Source of the DNA: Chitinophaga pinensis
Lineage (GTDB): Bacteria; Bacteroidota; Bacteroidia; UKL13-3
Reading direction: 5' to 3'
Length of the DNA: 24,000 bases
NCBI GenBank assembly: GCA_943372215.1
Contig: CALRXU020000010.1
Location: 26,423-50,422, forward strand
Shown here: one piece after another, positions 1 through 8,871 of the stretch
Position numbering within the stretch: position 1 is the stretch's first letter
Layout: each line of letters starts with the position of its first letter
Translations under genes and position numbers: made by a program
The notes under the pieces: model-generated
What the model was told of the DNA's origin: nothing
What the model saw: only the letters and a program-made list of their open reading frames with translations
Databases searched by the model: none

Positions 1-1
1 A

Positions 2-970
2 GCCGGCATAGGCACCCGGTTAAGACCCCATACCCACACTCAGCCTAAAGCCTTGATACCCATAGCAGGTAAGCCTATTATTGGCCATATTATTGACACC
101 CTTATTCATGCGGGGATAAGTGAGTATGTTTTTATTATTGGTTATATGGGCGATAAAATTGAAAACTACATTTCAACCCAATACCCTAACATAAAGGCAT
201 CATTTGTAATCCAAACTACTGGAAAAGGAACAGGCCATGCCATTTGGTTGGCTAAGGACAAATTGAAAGATGATGAATTGTTAATTGTTTTAGGTGATAC
301 CATTGCTGATGTGAATGTGCAAAATCTTATTGCCCAACAGCAAACCACCTTGTGCGTAAAAAAGGTGGATGATCCAAGATTTTTTGGTGTGGCAGAGATG
401 AATGCTGACGGAACCATTAAAAGGTTGGTAGAAAAGCCTTCAATACCTAAGAGTAACCTTGCTTTGGTAGGCATATACCGGATAAAAGAGTCTGCAGTAC
501 TTTTTGAGGCCATAGAGTACAACATGAAGCAAAAAATCACTTCTCAAAATGAGTTTCACCTCACGGATGCGCTTATGCGTATGATTGATACGGGAGTGGT
601 GATGCGAACTATTGATGTGGACAATTGGTTTGACTGTGGCAAGAAGGAAATTTTGTTGGATACCAATGCCACATTGCTGAAGCGGATTAACTATGATAAT
701 TCTAAATATAAGTTTGAGAATACGATTGTTATACCGCCTGTTTTTATTGGTGAGAATTGTAAAATAAGCAACTCCATTATAGGCCCGAACGTATCTGTTG
801 GCGACAATGCCATTTTAAATTATGCGGTGTTAAAAGATAGTATTATTGGTCCTTATGCCCAAATAGAATATGCCATTCTTGATCGCTCAGTTATTGGAAA
901 TGACGCCTTATTGAAGGGGATGAAACAAAGTTTAAATATTGGTGATAGTACAGAAATTAATTTTGGATAG
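2..970 (+). CDS. Sugar-1-phosphate nucleotidyltransferase (NTP-transferase fold plus C-terminal left-handed beta-helix); 5' end cut by the window edge
   Basis: The frame of the 53..970 ORF stays open back to nt 2 and reads AGIGTRLRPHTHTQPKALIPIAGKP. This is the G-x-G-T-R-L-x-P-x-T pyrophosphorylase signature, so the TTG at 53 is not the real start. The C-terminus has hexapeptide-like repeats (IGENCKISNSIIGPNVSVGDNAILNYAVLKDSIIGPYAQI). Confidence 0.8.
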   Translation, partial: AGIGTRLRPHTHTQPKALIPIAGKPIIGHIIDTLIHAGISEYVFIIGYMGDKIENYISTQYPNIKASFVIQTTGKGTGHAIWLAKDKLKDDELLIVLGDTIADVNVQNLIAQQQTTLCVKKVDDPRFFGVAEMNADGTIKRLVEKPSIPKSNLALVGIYRIKESAVLFEAIEYNMKQKITSQNEFHLTDALMRMIDTGVVMRTIDVDNWFDCGKKEILLDTNATLLKRINYDNSKYKFENTIVIPPVFIGENCKISNSIIGPNVSVGDNAILNYAVLKDSIIGPYAQIEYAILDRSVIGNDALLKGMKQSLNIGDSTEINFG

Positions 971-979
971 TGAGTTAGT

Positions 980-1444
980 ATGAACAACAGTACACAACGT
1001 TTTGTATCGCTCCATGGTTTTTTTGCATTTGCCTACCCAACTCATTGGTTACAGGAAACAGATGAGGCCGGACATTATATTTTTTATCAACCCAATGGCG
1101 GGCAGGGTGTTTTGCGCACCATGGTGCTGCCCAATGAGTTTACTGGGGAAGATGCAGCCAAAAAAATGCTTGACGAAGTTTACAAACAAAACAGCGCATT
1201 TGAACCTGCACTTTATGCCGCCAACGAAAACAGGTTTGTTTCGTTTGTGAAGGAACATGATGTAAATGGCGCAAGTTATACGGTGTATTACTGGGCCACT
1301 GCTAAAGATAGTCGGGTGGTGTTGTTTACTTATACGGTGCAAACAGACATGAAAAACATGGATGTACCTGAATTGGAAAAACAAGAAATTGAAGCCATGA
1401 TGGGCTCGTTTGAGTTTTTAAAGGAGGAAGAGCACCAACATTAA
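980..1444 (+). CDS. Hypothetical protein (154 aa), no recognisable catalytic motif
   Basis: Clean ATG ORF starting 9 nt after the upstream stop. The overlapping alternative-frame and antisense ORFs are shorter and low-complexity. I cannot assign a family by eye. Confidence 0.5.
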   Translation: MNNSTQRFVSLHGFFAFAYPTHWLQETDEAGHYIFYQPNGGQGVLRTMVLPNEFTGEDAAKKMLDEVYKQNSAFEPALYAANENRFVSFVKEHDVNGASYTVYYWATAKDSRVVLFTYTVQTDMKNMDVPELEKQEIEAMMGSFEFLKEEEHQH

Positions 1445-1450
1445 TTGTTA

Positions 1451-3559
1451 TTATTTTACCACGCTTCCCGGTTCAATATCTTTTTCAGCACCTACGCTGT
1501 ATAGTTTTCCAAAATCATTTCCGGCCATTAACAACATGCCCTGACTTTCTATTCCCCTTATTCTACGAGGAGCTAAATTTGCCACTACGGTTACCAACTT
1601 GCCTACCAATTCTTCCGGCTGGTAATACTCTGCAATGCCACTTAAAATGGTACGTTTTTCAAAGCCAAGGTCAACTGTAAGTTTTAATAGTTTATCAGCT
1701 TTTGGCACGCGTTCTGCCTCTAAAACTTTACCCACCCGTAAATCAATTTTATCAAAATCATCGTAGGTAATATCTGGTTTTACCGGATGATGGCTTGAGG
1801 TTTCCCTGTTTTCGGAAGTCAGGTTCGGTTCATTGGGTTTGGTGCTTGTTTCGTTTTCTGTTTTGATGCGTTGAAGCCTATCCAGTTGCGATTGTATTTC
1901 TGCATCTTCAACTTGTTTGTATAAAATTTCTGCCTTGTTCAATTGGTGTCCACTGCTGATGATGGTTTCATCAAACAAATTATTCCATTGCAAGTTGTGG
2001 GCATTAAGCATGGCCTTTAATTTAATTGTGGTATGCGGTAAAAATGGTTCGGCTGCAATGGCCAGTTTTGCACAAATTTGTAAAGCATCAAATAAAATGG
2101 CTTTAACCGCTTCTTCGTTGGTTTTTATCAGTTTCCAAGGTTCAGTATCTGCCAAGTATTTATTGCCGGCACGTGCAGCATTGATGAATTCGGCTTGGGC
2201 ATCACGCAATTTTACGGCTTCTAAATCTTCAACCATGGCATGTAAACTTTGGGCAATAGCATCAAAACAAAGTTTGCGTGAAGCCAATAGTTTTTCATCA
2301 GCAACAGTAGTACTCACTTGCGGAACGGAGCCAGCATAGTATTTATCGCACAATACCAATACGCGGTTTACAAAGTTGCCAAAGATGCTCACCAATTCGC
2401 TGTTAATGCGGGTTTGGTAATCTTTCCAAGTAAACTCACTGTCTTTGGTTTCAGGAGCAATGCTGGTTAACACATAACGCAATTCATCTTGCCTGTTTGG
2501 AAAATCAATCAGGTATTCATGCAGCCAAACCGCCCAATTACGCGAGGTAGAAATTTTATCGCCTTCTAGATTTAGAAACTCGTTTGCAGGAACATTGGTG
2601 GGTAAAATGTAATTGCCGTGTGTCATTAACATCATCGGGAAAATAATGGCGTGAAACACAATATTATCCTTGCCGATAAAATGAATCAAAGCAGTGTCTT
2701 CATCCATCCAGTACTTTTCCCACTTGGCATCACCTTTAAAATACTCTTTGGTGGCACTGATGTAACCTATGGGTGCATCAAACCACACATAAAGCACTTT
2801 GCCGTCAGCGCCATCTACAGGCACAGGCACACCCCAATCCAAATCACGGGTCATGGCGCGAGGTTGCAACCCCTCATTTAACCAGCTTTGGCATTGGCCT
2901 TTGATGTTGCTCTTCCAGCCATCAAAACGCTTAATGTAGTTCTTAAATTGTTCACTTTGCTGAATATCGCCCATAGGCAAAAACCAGTTTTTGGTTTCTT
3001 TTAACACAGGCACAGCGCCACTCAATGCTGATTTAGGATTGATTAAATCTGTAGGACTTAAGCTGGTACCACATTTTTCGCATTGGTCGCCATAAGCATT
3101 GGGGTTTCCGCAGCGTGGGCAGGTACCCGTAATGTATCGGTCAGCTAAAAACTGGTTGGCTTCAACATCAAAATACTGTTTGGTAACTTCCTCTTTAAAC
3201 ACCCCTTTATCATACAATGTTCTAAAAAATGCCTGGGCAGTTTCGTGGTGTGTTTTGCTGCTGGTTCGGCCATAGTAGGTAAAATCAATACCAAAATCTT
3301 TGAAGGCATTTTTCATAATGCCATCATATTTATCTACCACTTGCTGCGGGGTAATGCCTTCTTTTTTGGCTTTAATGGTAATGGGTACTCCATGCTCATC
3401 ACTCCCACAAATAAAAACAACATCTTTGCCCGTTGCCTTTAAATAACGCACATAAATATCGGCTGGTAAGTAACATCCAGCCAAATGGCCAATATGCACC
3501 GGCCCGTTTGCATAAGGCAGTGCCGCAGTTATTAAGTATCTTTTAGGTGTTTTGCTCAT
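1451..3559 (-). CDS. metG: Methionyl-tRNA synthetase with C-terminal tRNA-binding (EMAP-II-like) domain
   Basis: HIGH-type motif (ALPYANGPVHIGHLAG), a zinc knuckle (CPRCGNPNAYGDQCEKCG), a KMSKS-type motif (KISTSRN), and a C-terminal tRNA-binding domain (DLRVGKVLEAERVPKADKLLKLTVDLG). Confidence 0.95.
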   Translation of the reverse strand: MSKTPKRYLITAALPYANGPVHIGHLAGCYLPADIYVRYLKATGKDVVFICGSDEHGVPITIKAKKEGITPQQVVDKYDGIMKNAFKDFGIDFTYYGRTSSKTHHETAQAFFRTLYDKGVFKEEVTKQYFDVEANQFLADRYITGTCPRCGNPNAYGDQCEKCGTSLSPTDLINPKSALSGAVPVLKETKNWFLPMGDIQQSEQFKNYIKRFDGWKSNIKGQCQSWLNEGLQPRAMTRDLDWGVPVPVDGADGKVLYVWFDAPIGYISATKEYFKGDAKWEKYWMDEDTALIHFIGKDNIVFHAIIFPMMLMTHGNYILPTNVPANEFLNLEGDKISTSRNWAVWLHEYLIDFPNRQDELRYVLTSIAPETKDSEFTWKDYQTRINSELVSIFGNFVNRVLVLCDKYYAGSVPQVSTTVADEKLLASRKLCFDAIAQSLHAMVEDLEAVKLRDAQAEFINAARAGNKYLADTEPWKLIKTNEEAVKAILFDALQICAKLAIAAEPFLPHTTIKLKAMLNAHNLQWNNLFDETIISSGHQLNKAEILYKQVEDAEIQSQLDRLQRIKTENETSTKPNEPNLTSENRETSSHHPVKPDITYDDFDKIDLRVGKVLEAERVPKADKLLKLTVDLGFEKRTILSGIAEYYQPEELVGKLVTVVANLAPRRIRGIESQGMLLMAGNDFGKLYSVGAEKDIEPGSVVK

Positions 3560-3630
3560 AAATACCTGCGCAAATTAGCCCAATATTTCGCAAATACGAA
3601 ATTGAATTTTAGCAGAAAACCGGTTACTGT

Positions 3631-4467
3631 TTACGGATTACAAACATTACAAAACATGGGGTCTTCCGTTGTTTTTCCTTGTGGGTGCTTTTCGGTTTGA
3701 TGGTGGGAACAAGCTTTACACGTTTTTACCATGCTTAAAACTGATGAGGTTGGTAAGCCACAAAAGGCACAGGGTAAGCCTTTGATTACTTGTGTTACAT
3801 CAAAACCAGGTGTTTGGCATTGTGGGCATTGGGATTGTATTTTTTGCAATAATTTTTGTGTGGTTTGTTCAATTACTTGCATGCGGGTGGGGTTAAACAT
3901 GGCCCGCATGTCTGTTTCGGCATAAACTTTCCCAAATTTGCTGTGGTAATCATCAAAGTGGTGGTACAAATCATCCCAATTTGTAATGCCTTTAATCACG
4001 TCATCGGCATTGTTTTTTGATTTGCGAAGAATAAGTGCGTGTGATGGAAACAGGGCTTGTTTGGCAAAAGCAGTAAGTGCTTCTTTATTGGTTATTGCTG
4101 CACCATTAAAATTGGTTTTGGTGGTGAGTGTAACGGCCGTAATCTCCAAGCTGTATTTATGGTCTAACAACAGCAATCTCTCCTCATTTGCAGGTACCAT
4201 AAAAGCTTCGGGGTGCGGCCCGAATGATCCTTCACTGGCTATGGCCAAGTCAACCTGGTATTTTTCCATAGCCCATTCGCACTTTTTTCTGGCAGTGGTA
4301 ATGGGGTCAAAGGTGCGCTCAATTTCTCCGGTAAATGTACCAAATTGATCACTGTCAAAATCTTGTGGGGTAATACACACCACGCGAAGCACTGCTTCTA
4401 GCGTGGGTGCAATTACCTGTTCTTTTTTGTGTTTAGTGGCAATCAGTAATGTTCTACCTTCAAACAT
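3631..4467 (-). CDS. Conserved hypothetical protein with a C-terminal 4x CxxC (double zinc-ribbon-like) tail
   Basis: The ORF track starts at TTG 4476. An ATG at 4467 (MFEGRTLL...) lies 1 nt after the upstream gene's TAA and is preferred. The C-terminus contains CPQC...CAFC...CKAC...CNVC. Function unknown. Confidence 0.6.
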   Translation of the reverse strand: MFEGRTLLIATKHKKEQVIAPTLEAVLRVVCITPQDFDSDQFGTFTGEIERTFDPITTARKKCEWAMEKYQVDLAIASEGSFGPHPEAFMVPANEERLLLLDHKYSLEITAVTLTTKTNFNGAAITNKEALTAFAKQALFPSHALILRKSKNNADDVIKGITNWDDLYHHFDDYHSKFGKVYAETDMRAMFNPTRMQVIEQTTQKLLQKIQSQCPQCQTPGFDVTQVIKGLPCAFCGLPTSSVLSMVKTCKACSHHQTEKHPQGKTTEDPMFCNVCNP

Positions 4468-4468
4468 C

Positions 4469-4711
4469 TTAAGCAACTGTCATCTCCGCCTGAATGTCAA
4501 TCATTCCTTTGGTTGATTCAATTTGCCTGCGCAGGTCAAACAAATCTTTTTGCAATTGTTTAATGCGTGTTTCGCGCATTTTAATGGTTTCCTCTCCGCT
4601 ATCGTCATAAATTTTATCTTCATGAAACTTGATTTTTGCATGAACCATGCGTGTAACAATATCAATGGCATCTGCCGAAGAGAAATGGCCTTGAATAAGT
4701 TGAATTTTCAT
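4469..4711 (-). CDS. Small hypothetical protein (80 aa), charged and probably helical C-terminal half
   Basis: ATG ORF immediately upstream of, and tightly coupled to, the Cys-rich protein gene. I recognise no family. Confidence 0.45.
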   Translation of the reverse strand: MKIQLIQGHFSSADAIDIVTRMVHAKIKFHEDKIYDDSGEETIKMRETRIKQLQKDLFDLRRQIESTKGMIDIQAEMTVA

Positions 4712-4734
4712 GTTTATACTATTAGTGGTGAATA

Positions 4735-6171
4735 CTATTGACCCTGGCCTAATGAGAAACCAGGTTTACCATCAAAGTGGTAAAGGTTTTCCGTTTTGAT
4801 TGCATCAATACCAGCACTGTTGGCTGCTTGCAGCAGGGTTATGATGTGTTCTTTGGTCATCACTGTTTCGCCAACAGGTTTAAAGCGGCAACGCCAGTGG
4901 TCAGTACAAAAAGTTTCTTCAAATCCTTCTGGCCAAACTTTAATACCTCTGTTGGTAATCATGGTAAGTTCAACTTCAGCGGTGTTTATTAGTTTTACTT
5001 TCTCTGCCAATTCATCGGCAGATGTGCCGTTCCAATGCACAAATAAATCAACCCCAACAAGGTCTTTTTTAGCCGCTGGTTTGCGGATATATTTAGGCAA
5101 ATTAAGTGTAGCTCCGTTTGCATAGCTAACCGGTTTAAGCGTTTTAGGTTTTTGACCGAGGTTGGCAATTACCGCATCGGCAAATTCTTGTGTACCCACT
5201 TTTTGTGTGCTAATTCCTTCCTTGTACACATCATAGGTATGTATGCCGTCTTCAATGGTTTTTAACCAAGCGTTTTGAACTTTTTCAGCCACATCTGTTT
5301 GTCCGATATGGTTTAGCATAAGAATAGCTCCTTGCAATAAACCAGAAGGATTTGCCAGATTTTGTCCTGCCCTGCGTGGAGCTGAACCATGTATGGCTTC
5401 AAACATGGCACACTCTTCGCCAATATTGGCTGAACCCGCCAAACCAACTGAACCCGCAATTTGAGCAGCCACATCTGATAGCACATCGCCATATAAATTA
5501 GGCATCACAATTACATCAAATGCTTCAGGGGTATCAGCCATTTTTGCGGCTCCGATATCAATAATCCAATGTTCGTTTTCAATCTCCGGATACTCTACCG
5601 CTATTTCGTTAAATACCTGATGAAATAAACCATCTGTTTGTTTCATGATATTGTCTTTGGTAAAACAAGTTACTTTTTTGCGTCCATATTGTTTGGCGTA
5701 TTCAAAGGCGTAACGTACAATTTTTTCACACCCAGGTCTGCTAATTAGTTTTAAGCACTGCACCACTTCATCTGTTTGTTGGTGTTCAATACCCGCATAC
5801 AAGTCTTCTTCATTTTCACGCACAATAACCAAGTCCATCACAGGATGTTTGGTGCTTACGAAAGGATGTAAACTCATGCATGGGCGCACGTTAGAGTATA
5901 GCCCTAAAAACTTGCGGGTGGTTACGTTTAAACTTTTGTACCCACCACCTTGAGGGGTTGTAATGGGTGCTTTTAAAAACACCTTGTTTTTGCGGATAAC
6001 ATCCCACGATTCTTTGGCTATACCAGCAGTATTTCCTGCCAGGTAAACTTTTTCTCCTACTTCAATCTCTTCAATATCAATTTGTGCACCTGCTGCCTTA
6101 ATTACCTTTAATGTGGCATCCATAATTTCTGGTCCTATGCCATCACCTTTGGCTACTGTTATTTTTTTCAT
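4735..6171 (-). CDS. icd: Isocitrate dehydrogenase (isocitrate/isopropylmalate dehydrogenase family, about 480-aa form with C-terminal extension)
   Basis: GDGIGPEI near the N-terminus. GGGYKSLNVTTRKFLGLYSNVRP matches the IDH substrate loop (compare E. coli GGIRSLNVALRQ...RP). NLYGDVLSD is the family signature. The ATG at 6171 (MKKITVAKGDG) is preferred over the TTG at 6201 used by the ORF track. Confidence 0.85.
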   Translation of the reverse strand: MKKITVAKGDGIGPEIMDATLKVIKAAGAQIDIEEIEVGEKVYLAGNTAGIAKESWDVIRKNKVFLKAPITTPQGGGYKSLNVTTRKFLGLYSNVRPCMSLHPFVSTKHPVMDLVIVRENEEDLYAGIEHQQTDEVVQCLKLISRPGCEKIVRYAFEYAKQYGRKKVTCFTKDNIMKQTDGLFHQVFNEIAVEYPEIENEHWIIDIGAAKMADTPEAFDVIVMPNLYGDVLSDVAAQIAGSVGLAGSANIGEECAMFEAIHGSAPRRAGQNLANPSGLLQGAILMLNHIGQTDVAEKVQNAWLKTIEDGIHTYDVYKEGISTQKVGTQEFADAVIANLGQKPKTLKPVSYANGATLNLPKYIRKPAAKKDLVGVDLFVHWNGTSADELAEKVKLINTAEVELTMITNRGIKVWPEGFEETFCTDHWRCRFKPVGETVMTKEHIITLLQAANSAGIDAIKTENLYHFDGKPGFSLGQGQ

Positions 6172-6232
6172 GATTGGTATCTGGTTTAAGTTGTTCAGCA
6201 AATCTGTTAAATGTAAATCATATGTTTTTATT

Positions 6233-6240
6233 TATATTTG
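6233..6240 (+). promoter_or_regulatory. Candidate Bacteroidota -7 promoter box (TATATTTG = TAnnTTTG) for the LysR gene
   Basis: Exact TAnnTTTG match 25 nt upstream of the ATG at 6265, in the icd/LysR divergent intergenic region. No clear -33 TTTG was seen. Confidence 0.35.
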
Positions 6241-6264
6241 AAATAGCAAGCATTAAATTTATTT

Positions 6265-7188
6265 ATGAATTATACCCTTAATCAATTGCATATTTTCTTA
6301 AAAATAACCCAAACAGAAAGTATTACAAAAGCTGCAGCAGAGCTAAATTTAACGCAACCTGCAGTATCCATACAGCTTAAAAACTTTCAAGATCAATTTG
6401 ACATTCCGCTTACGGAAGTTATTGGCCGTAAGTTGTACATTACTGACTTTGGCAGGGAGATAGCCATTGCTGCTGAAAACATATTGCATGAGGTATATGC
6501 CATTAACTATAAAACATCAGCTTACAAAGGGCAATTAACGGGGAGATTAAAAATATCGGTGGTATCAACAGGCAAATATGTAATGCCTTATTTTTTAACT
6601 GATTTTATCAAGAGGCATGAAGGGATTGAGTTGTTGTTGGACGTAACCAATAAGGCTAAGGTAATTGAGAGTTTAACCCATAATGAAGTGGATTTTGCCT
6701 TGGTATCTGTGTTGCCAGAAAAATTGCAGATAGAAAAGGAAGAACTGATGCAGAACAAGTTGTTTTTTGTGAGCAATACGGAAAGGGAGTTTAAGGAAGA
6801 GAGTTATCCTAAAACTATTCTTGAATCCTTGCCACTTATTCAACGCGAACAAGGCTCAGGTACACGGCATGTGATGGAGTTGTTTTTAGAAAGTAATGGA
6901 CTAAAAGTAAAACGCAAGTTGGAGTTGGCCACGAACGAGGCCGTAAAACAAGCCGTTATTGCTGGGCTGGGTTGTTCGGTGATGCCACTTATTGGGATTA
7001 AGAATGAAATTACCAATGGTGATCTTCAGATTATCCCTGTTAAAGGTTTACCCATTAAATCAAGTTGGAACTTAATTTGGTTAAAGAACAAAAGTTTTTC
7101 TCCGGTTGGGACTTCATTTTTACAACATATTAAAAAGGAGAAGAAAAAAATTATTCAAACGCATTTTAGATGGTATGAAGAATATTAG
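6265..7188 (+). CDS. LysR-family transcriptional regulator
   Basis: N-terminal wHTH (LHIFLKITQTESITKAAAELNLTQPAVSIQLKNFQ), a C-terminal substrate-binding domain of about 200 aa, and divergent orientation to icd. Confidence 0.9.
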   Translation: MNYTLNQLHIFLKITQTESITKAAAELNLTQPAVSIQLKNFQDQFDIPLTEVIGRKLYITDFGREIAIAAENILHEVYAINYKTSAYKGQLTGRLKISVVSTGKYVMPYFLTDFIKRHEGIELLLDVTNKAKVIESLTHNEVDFALVSVLPEKLQIEKEELMQNKLFFVSNTEREFKEESYPKTILESLPLIQREQGSGTRHVMELFLESNGLKVKRKLELATNEAVKQAVIAGLGCSVMPLIGIKNEITNGDLQIIPVKGLPIKSSWNLIWLKNKSFSPVGTSFLQHIKKEKKKIIQTHFRWYEEY

Positions 7189-7247
7189 ATAACAATACCA
7201 AATTAAGGTAAAAATGTAGAGATGATTAATGGAGCTTTTTAGTGATG

Positions 7248-7745
7248 TTATTTAACCATTAGGCTTGCCATAAACAGTCCGCTTAATGCCAATAGCAGCA
7301 ATACTACGTTTAGTTTATCTCGTCTTACTTTACGGCCAAGTTTTGCGTTTTCTGCAATAAGGTGATTCATTTTGGCCACGTGCTGCGCTGCAAGGGTAAT
7401 TTTAGCTACGGCATAATCATTTTTTACAATGTAATCATAAACACCTTCTTTAATGGCATTAACAGCAATGCTAATTTTATCTTGCCCTGAGAGCAAAACA
7501 ACTGGTGATTTCAACTTTTCCTTTTGAATGTAAGCTAGTATTTGGTCGCCATTTTTTTTGTCTGGTGAAGTATTTAAGTGGTAATCCAATACTACCAAAT
7601 CAGGTTGGTTGTTTAACTCCTGAAGGCACGAGTTAACACTGTAAAAAGGATATGCTTGGTATAAACCTGTTTGGTTTAATACGTAACAAATCATTTCAGC
7701 ATATTGGATATTGTCTTCCACAACAAATGCGGTTAATTTTTCCAT
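7248..7745 (-). CDS. Stand-alone response-regulator receiver domain with a C-terminal transmembrane anchor
   Basis: Receiver hallmarks are present: an acidic pair (VVEDN), a phospho-acceptor context (PDLVVLDYHL), VVLLSG, and a conserved Lys (YDYIVKN). The last roughly 22 residues (LNVVLLLLALSGLFMASLMVK) are hydrophobic. There is no output domain. Confidence 0.75.
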   Translation of the reverse strand: MEKLTAFVVEDNIQYAEMICYVLNQTGLYQAYPFYSVNSCLQELNNQPDLVVLDYHLNTSPDKKNGDQILAYIQKEKLKSPVVLLSGQDKISIAVNAIKEGVYDYIVKNDYAVAKITLAAQHVAKMNHLIAENAKLGRKVRRDKLNVVLLLLALSGLFMASLMVK

Positions 7746-7762
7746 GGTAATTATTGTTCGGG

Positions 7763-8860
7763 TTAAATTTTATAAAAAGGATTGTTGCTTTTTAGCAGGT
7801 TAATTTGCTGGCGGTTATATGCAGCGGTGCGGATGGTTTTTACCCAAGAGAGTAAACTAAAAATGCGCAATGCGATAACATAAACAATAAATAACAACAA
7901 CAACACATACTCTATGTTTAGTAAGCTATACCAAGCATTGGTTATCATTAATAAACCAAGTGTAAAGATGAGCAATACAGCTTGTTTATGGGTTAGTCCA
8001 CCATCTATTAAGATGTGGTGAATATGGATGCGGTCAGCTTTAAAAGGAGAGTGCCCGCGCAGCAAACGTTGCGCAAAAACACGCAGGGTATCAAACACGG
8101 GAATAGCTATCAAGGCAACAATTAATCCTGGTGATTGAAGGGTGCTATTTTCAGGAGAAGCTTGCCATGAAATAAGGGTTAAATATTTTAAGCTGAATGC
8201 AGCCATCAACGTACCGAGCAATAAAGAACCAGTATCGCCCATAAATATTTTGGCTGGGTTGAAGTTGTATCTTAAAAACGCAAGTAAAGTGGCTAATAAG
8301 GAAACGCTTAAATAAAAAAAGGGCATTTCTCCTGCACGATAGAACAGCACTGAAAAAAGTACACAGCTAATAAGCCCAAGTCCTCCAGCTAAACAGTCAA
8401 TGCCATCAATTAAATTAAATGCATTTACAATTCCGGTTATGGCAATAATGGAGAGGGCATATTGCAAGCCTAAAGGAATATGATGAATACCAAATACACC
8501 AAACAGTTCGGGAATAACGAAACCGCTTTTTACAAGTAACAATGCTACCATCAATTGAATGATAAACTTAACCGAAGCTCTTAAGTTTTTGGCATCATCA
8601 ATTACACCAGTTATTGCCATGATGGTAATACTGACCAGCAGTGTAACGCACTGCTGGGTAAAATCCGCTGAAAGCAATACTGAAGTCATCATACCAAGGA
8701 ATATACCAATGCCGCCCATAGTAGGCACTGGGGCTTGGTGCGTTTTGCGGTGGTCGGGTAAATCTAATAAGTTGTATTTGTTTACCCCCCATATTACCAG
8801 TGGTGTAGTAATAAAGGTTACAAAAAAAGCAACGCTAAAATTTAAAATCAGGTTTATCAT
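7763..8860 (-). CDS. Polyprenyl-phosphate N-acetylhexosamine-1-phosphate transferase (MraY/WecA family, GT4)
   Basis: Polytopic membrane protein with NAFNLIDGIDCLAGG and FMGDTGSLLLG motifs, which are typical of WecA/MraY-type transferases. Confidence 0.85.
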   Translation of the reverse strand: MINLILNFSVAFFVTFITTPLVIWGVNKYNLLDLPDHRKTHQAPVPTMGGIGIFLGMMTSVLLSADFTQQCVTLLVSITIMAITGVIDDAKNLRASVKFIIQLMVALLLVKSGFVIPELFGVFGIHHIPLGLQYALSIIAITGIVNAFNLIDGIDCLAGGLGLISCVLFSVLFYRAGEMPFFYLSVSLLATLLAFLRYNFNPAKIFMGDTGSLLLGTLMAAFSLKYLTLISWQASPENSTLQSPGLIVALIAIPVFDTLRVFAQRLLRGHSPFKADRIHIHHILIDGGLTHKQAVLLIFTLGLLMITNAWYSLLNIEYVLLLLFIVYVIALRIFSLLSWVKTIRTAAYNRQQINLLKSNNPFYKI

Positions 8861-8871
8861 ATTGGTAAAGG

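Noticed and set aside
166-540. 124-aa minus-strand ORF inside the nucleotidyltransferase gene. Similar antisense or alternative-frame ORFs occur at 1002..1250, 1049..1384, 1917..2339, 2651..2881, 3245..3442, 3731..3925, 3986..4348, 4523..4741, 4777..5125, 6588..6776, 8559..8900, 8598..8792 and 9611..9820.
   Set aside because: All lie entirely within longer ORFs that have strong family motifs on the other strand or frame. Their translations are low-complexity or Cys/Phe-rich shadow sequences with no motifs.
3560-3630. Small hairpin (atttcg-caaata-cgaaat) and a duplicated cgcaaat motif in the metG upstream region, considered as a possible leader or riboswitch
   Set aside because: The stem is only 6 bp and AT-rich, with no T-box-like specifier or antiterminator architecture. 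The roughly 70-nt leader is too short for a known riboswitch.
6172-6201. TTG start at 6201 for icd, which would add MLNNLNQIPI to the N-terminus
   Set aside because: The ATG at 6171 gives MKKITVAKGDGIGPEI. This places the GDGIGPE motif at the position typical for the family, and the extension has no support.
6172-6264. Possible LysR T-N11-A operator in the icd/LysR divergent intergenic region (for example ATTT-N7-AAAT at about 6231..6245)
   Set aside because: The region is so AT-rich that short dyads occur by chance, and I could not find a convincing extended inverted repeat.
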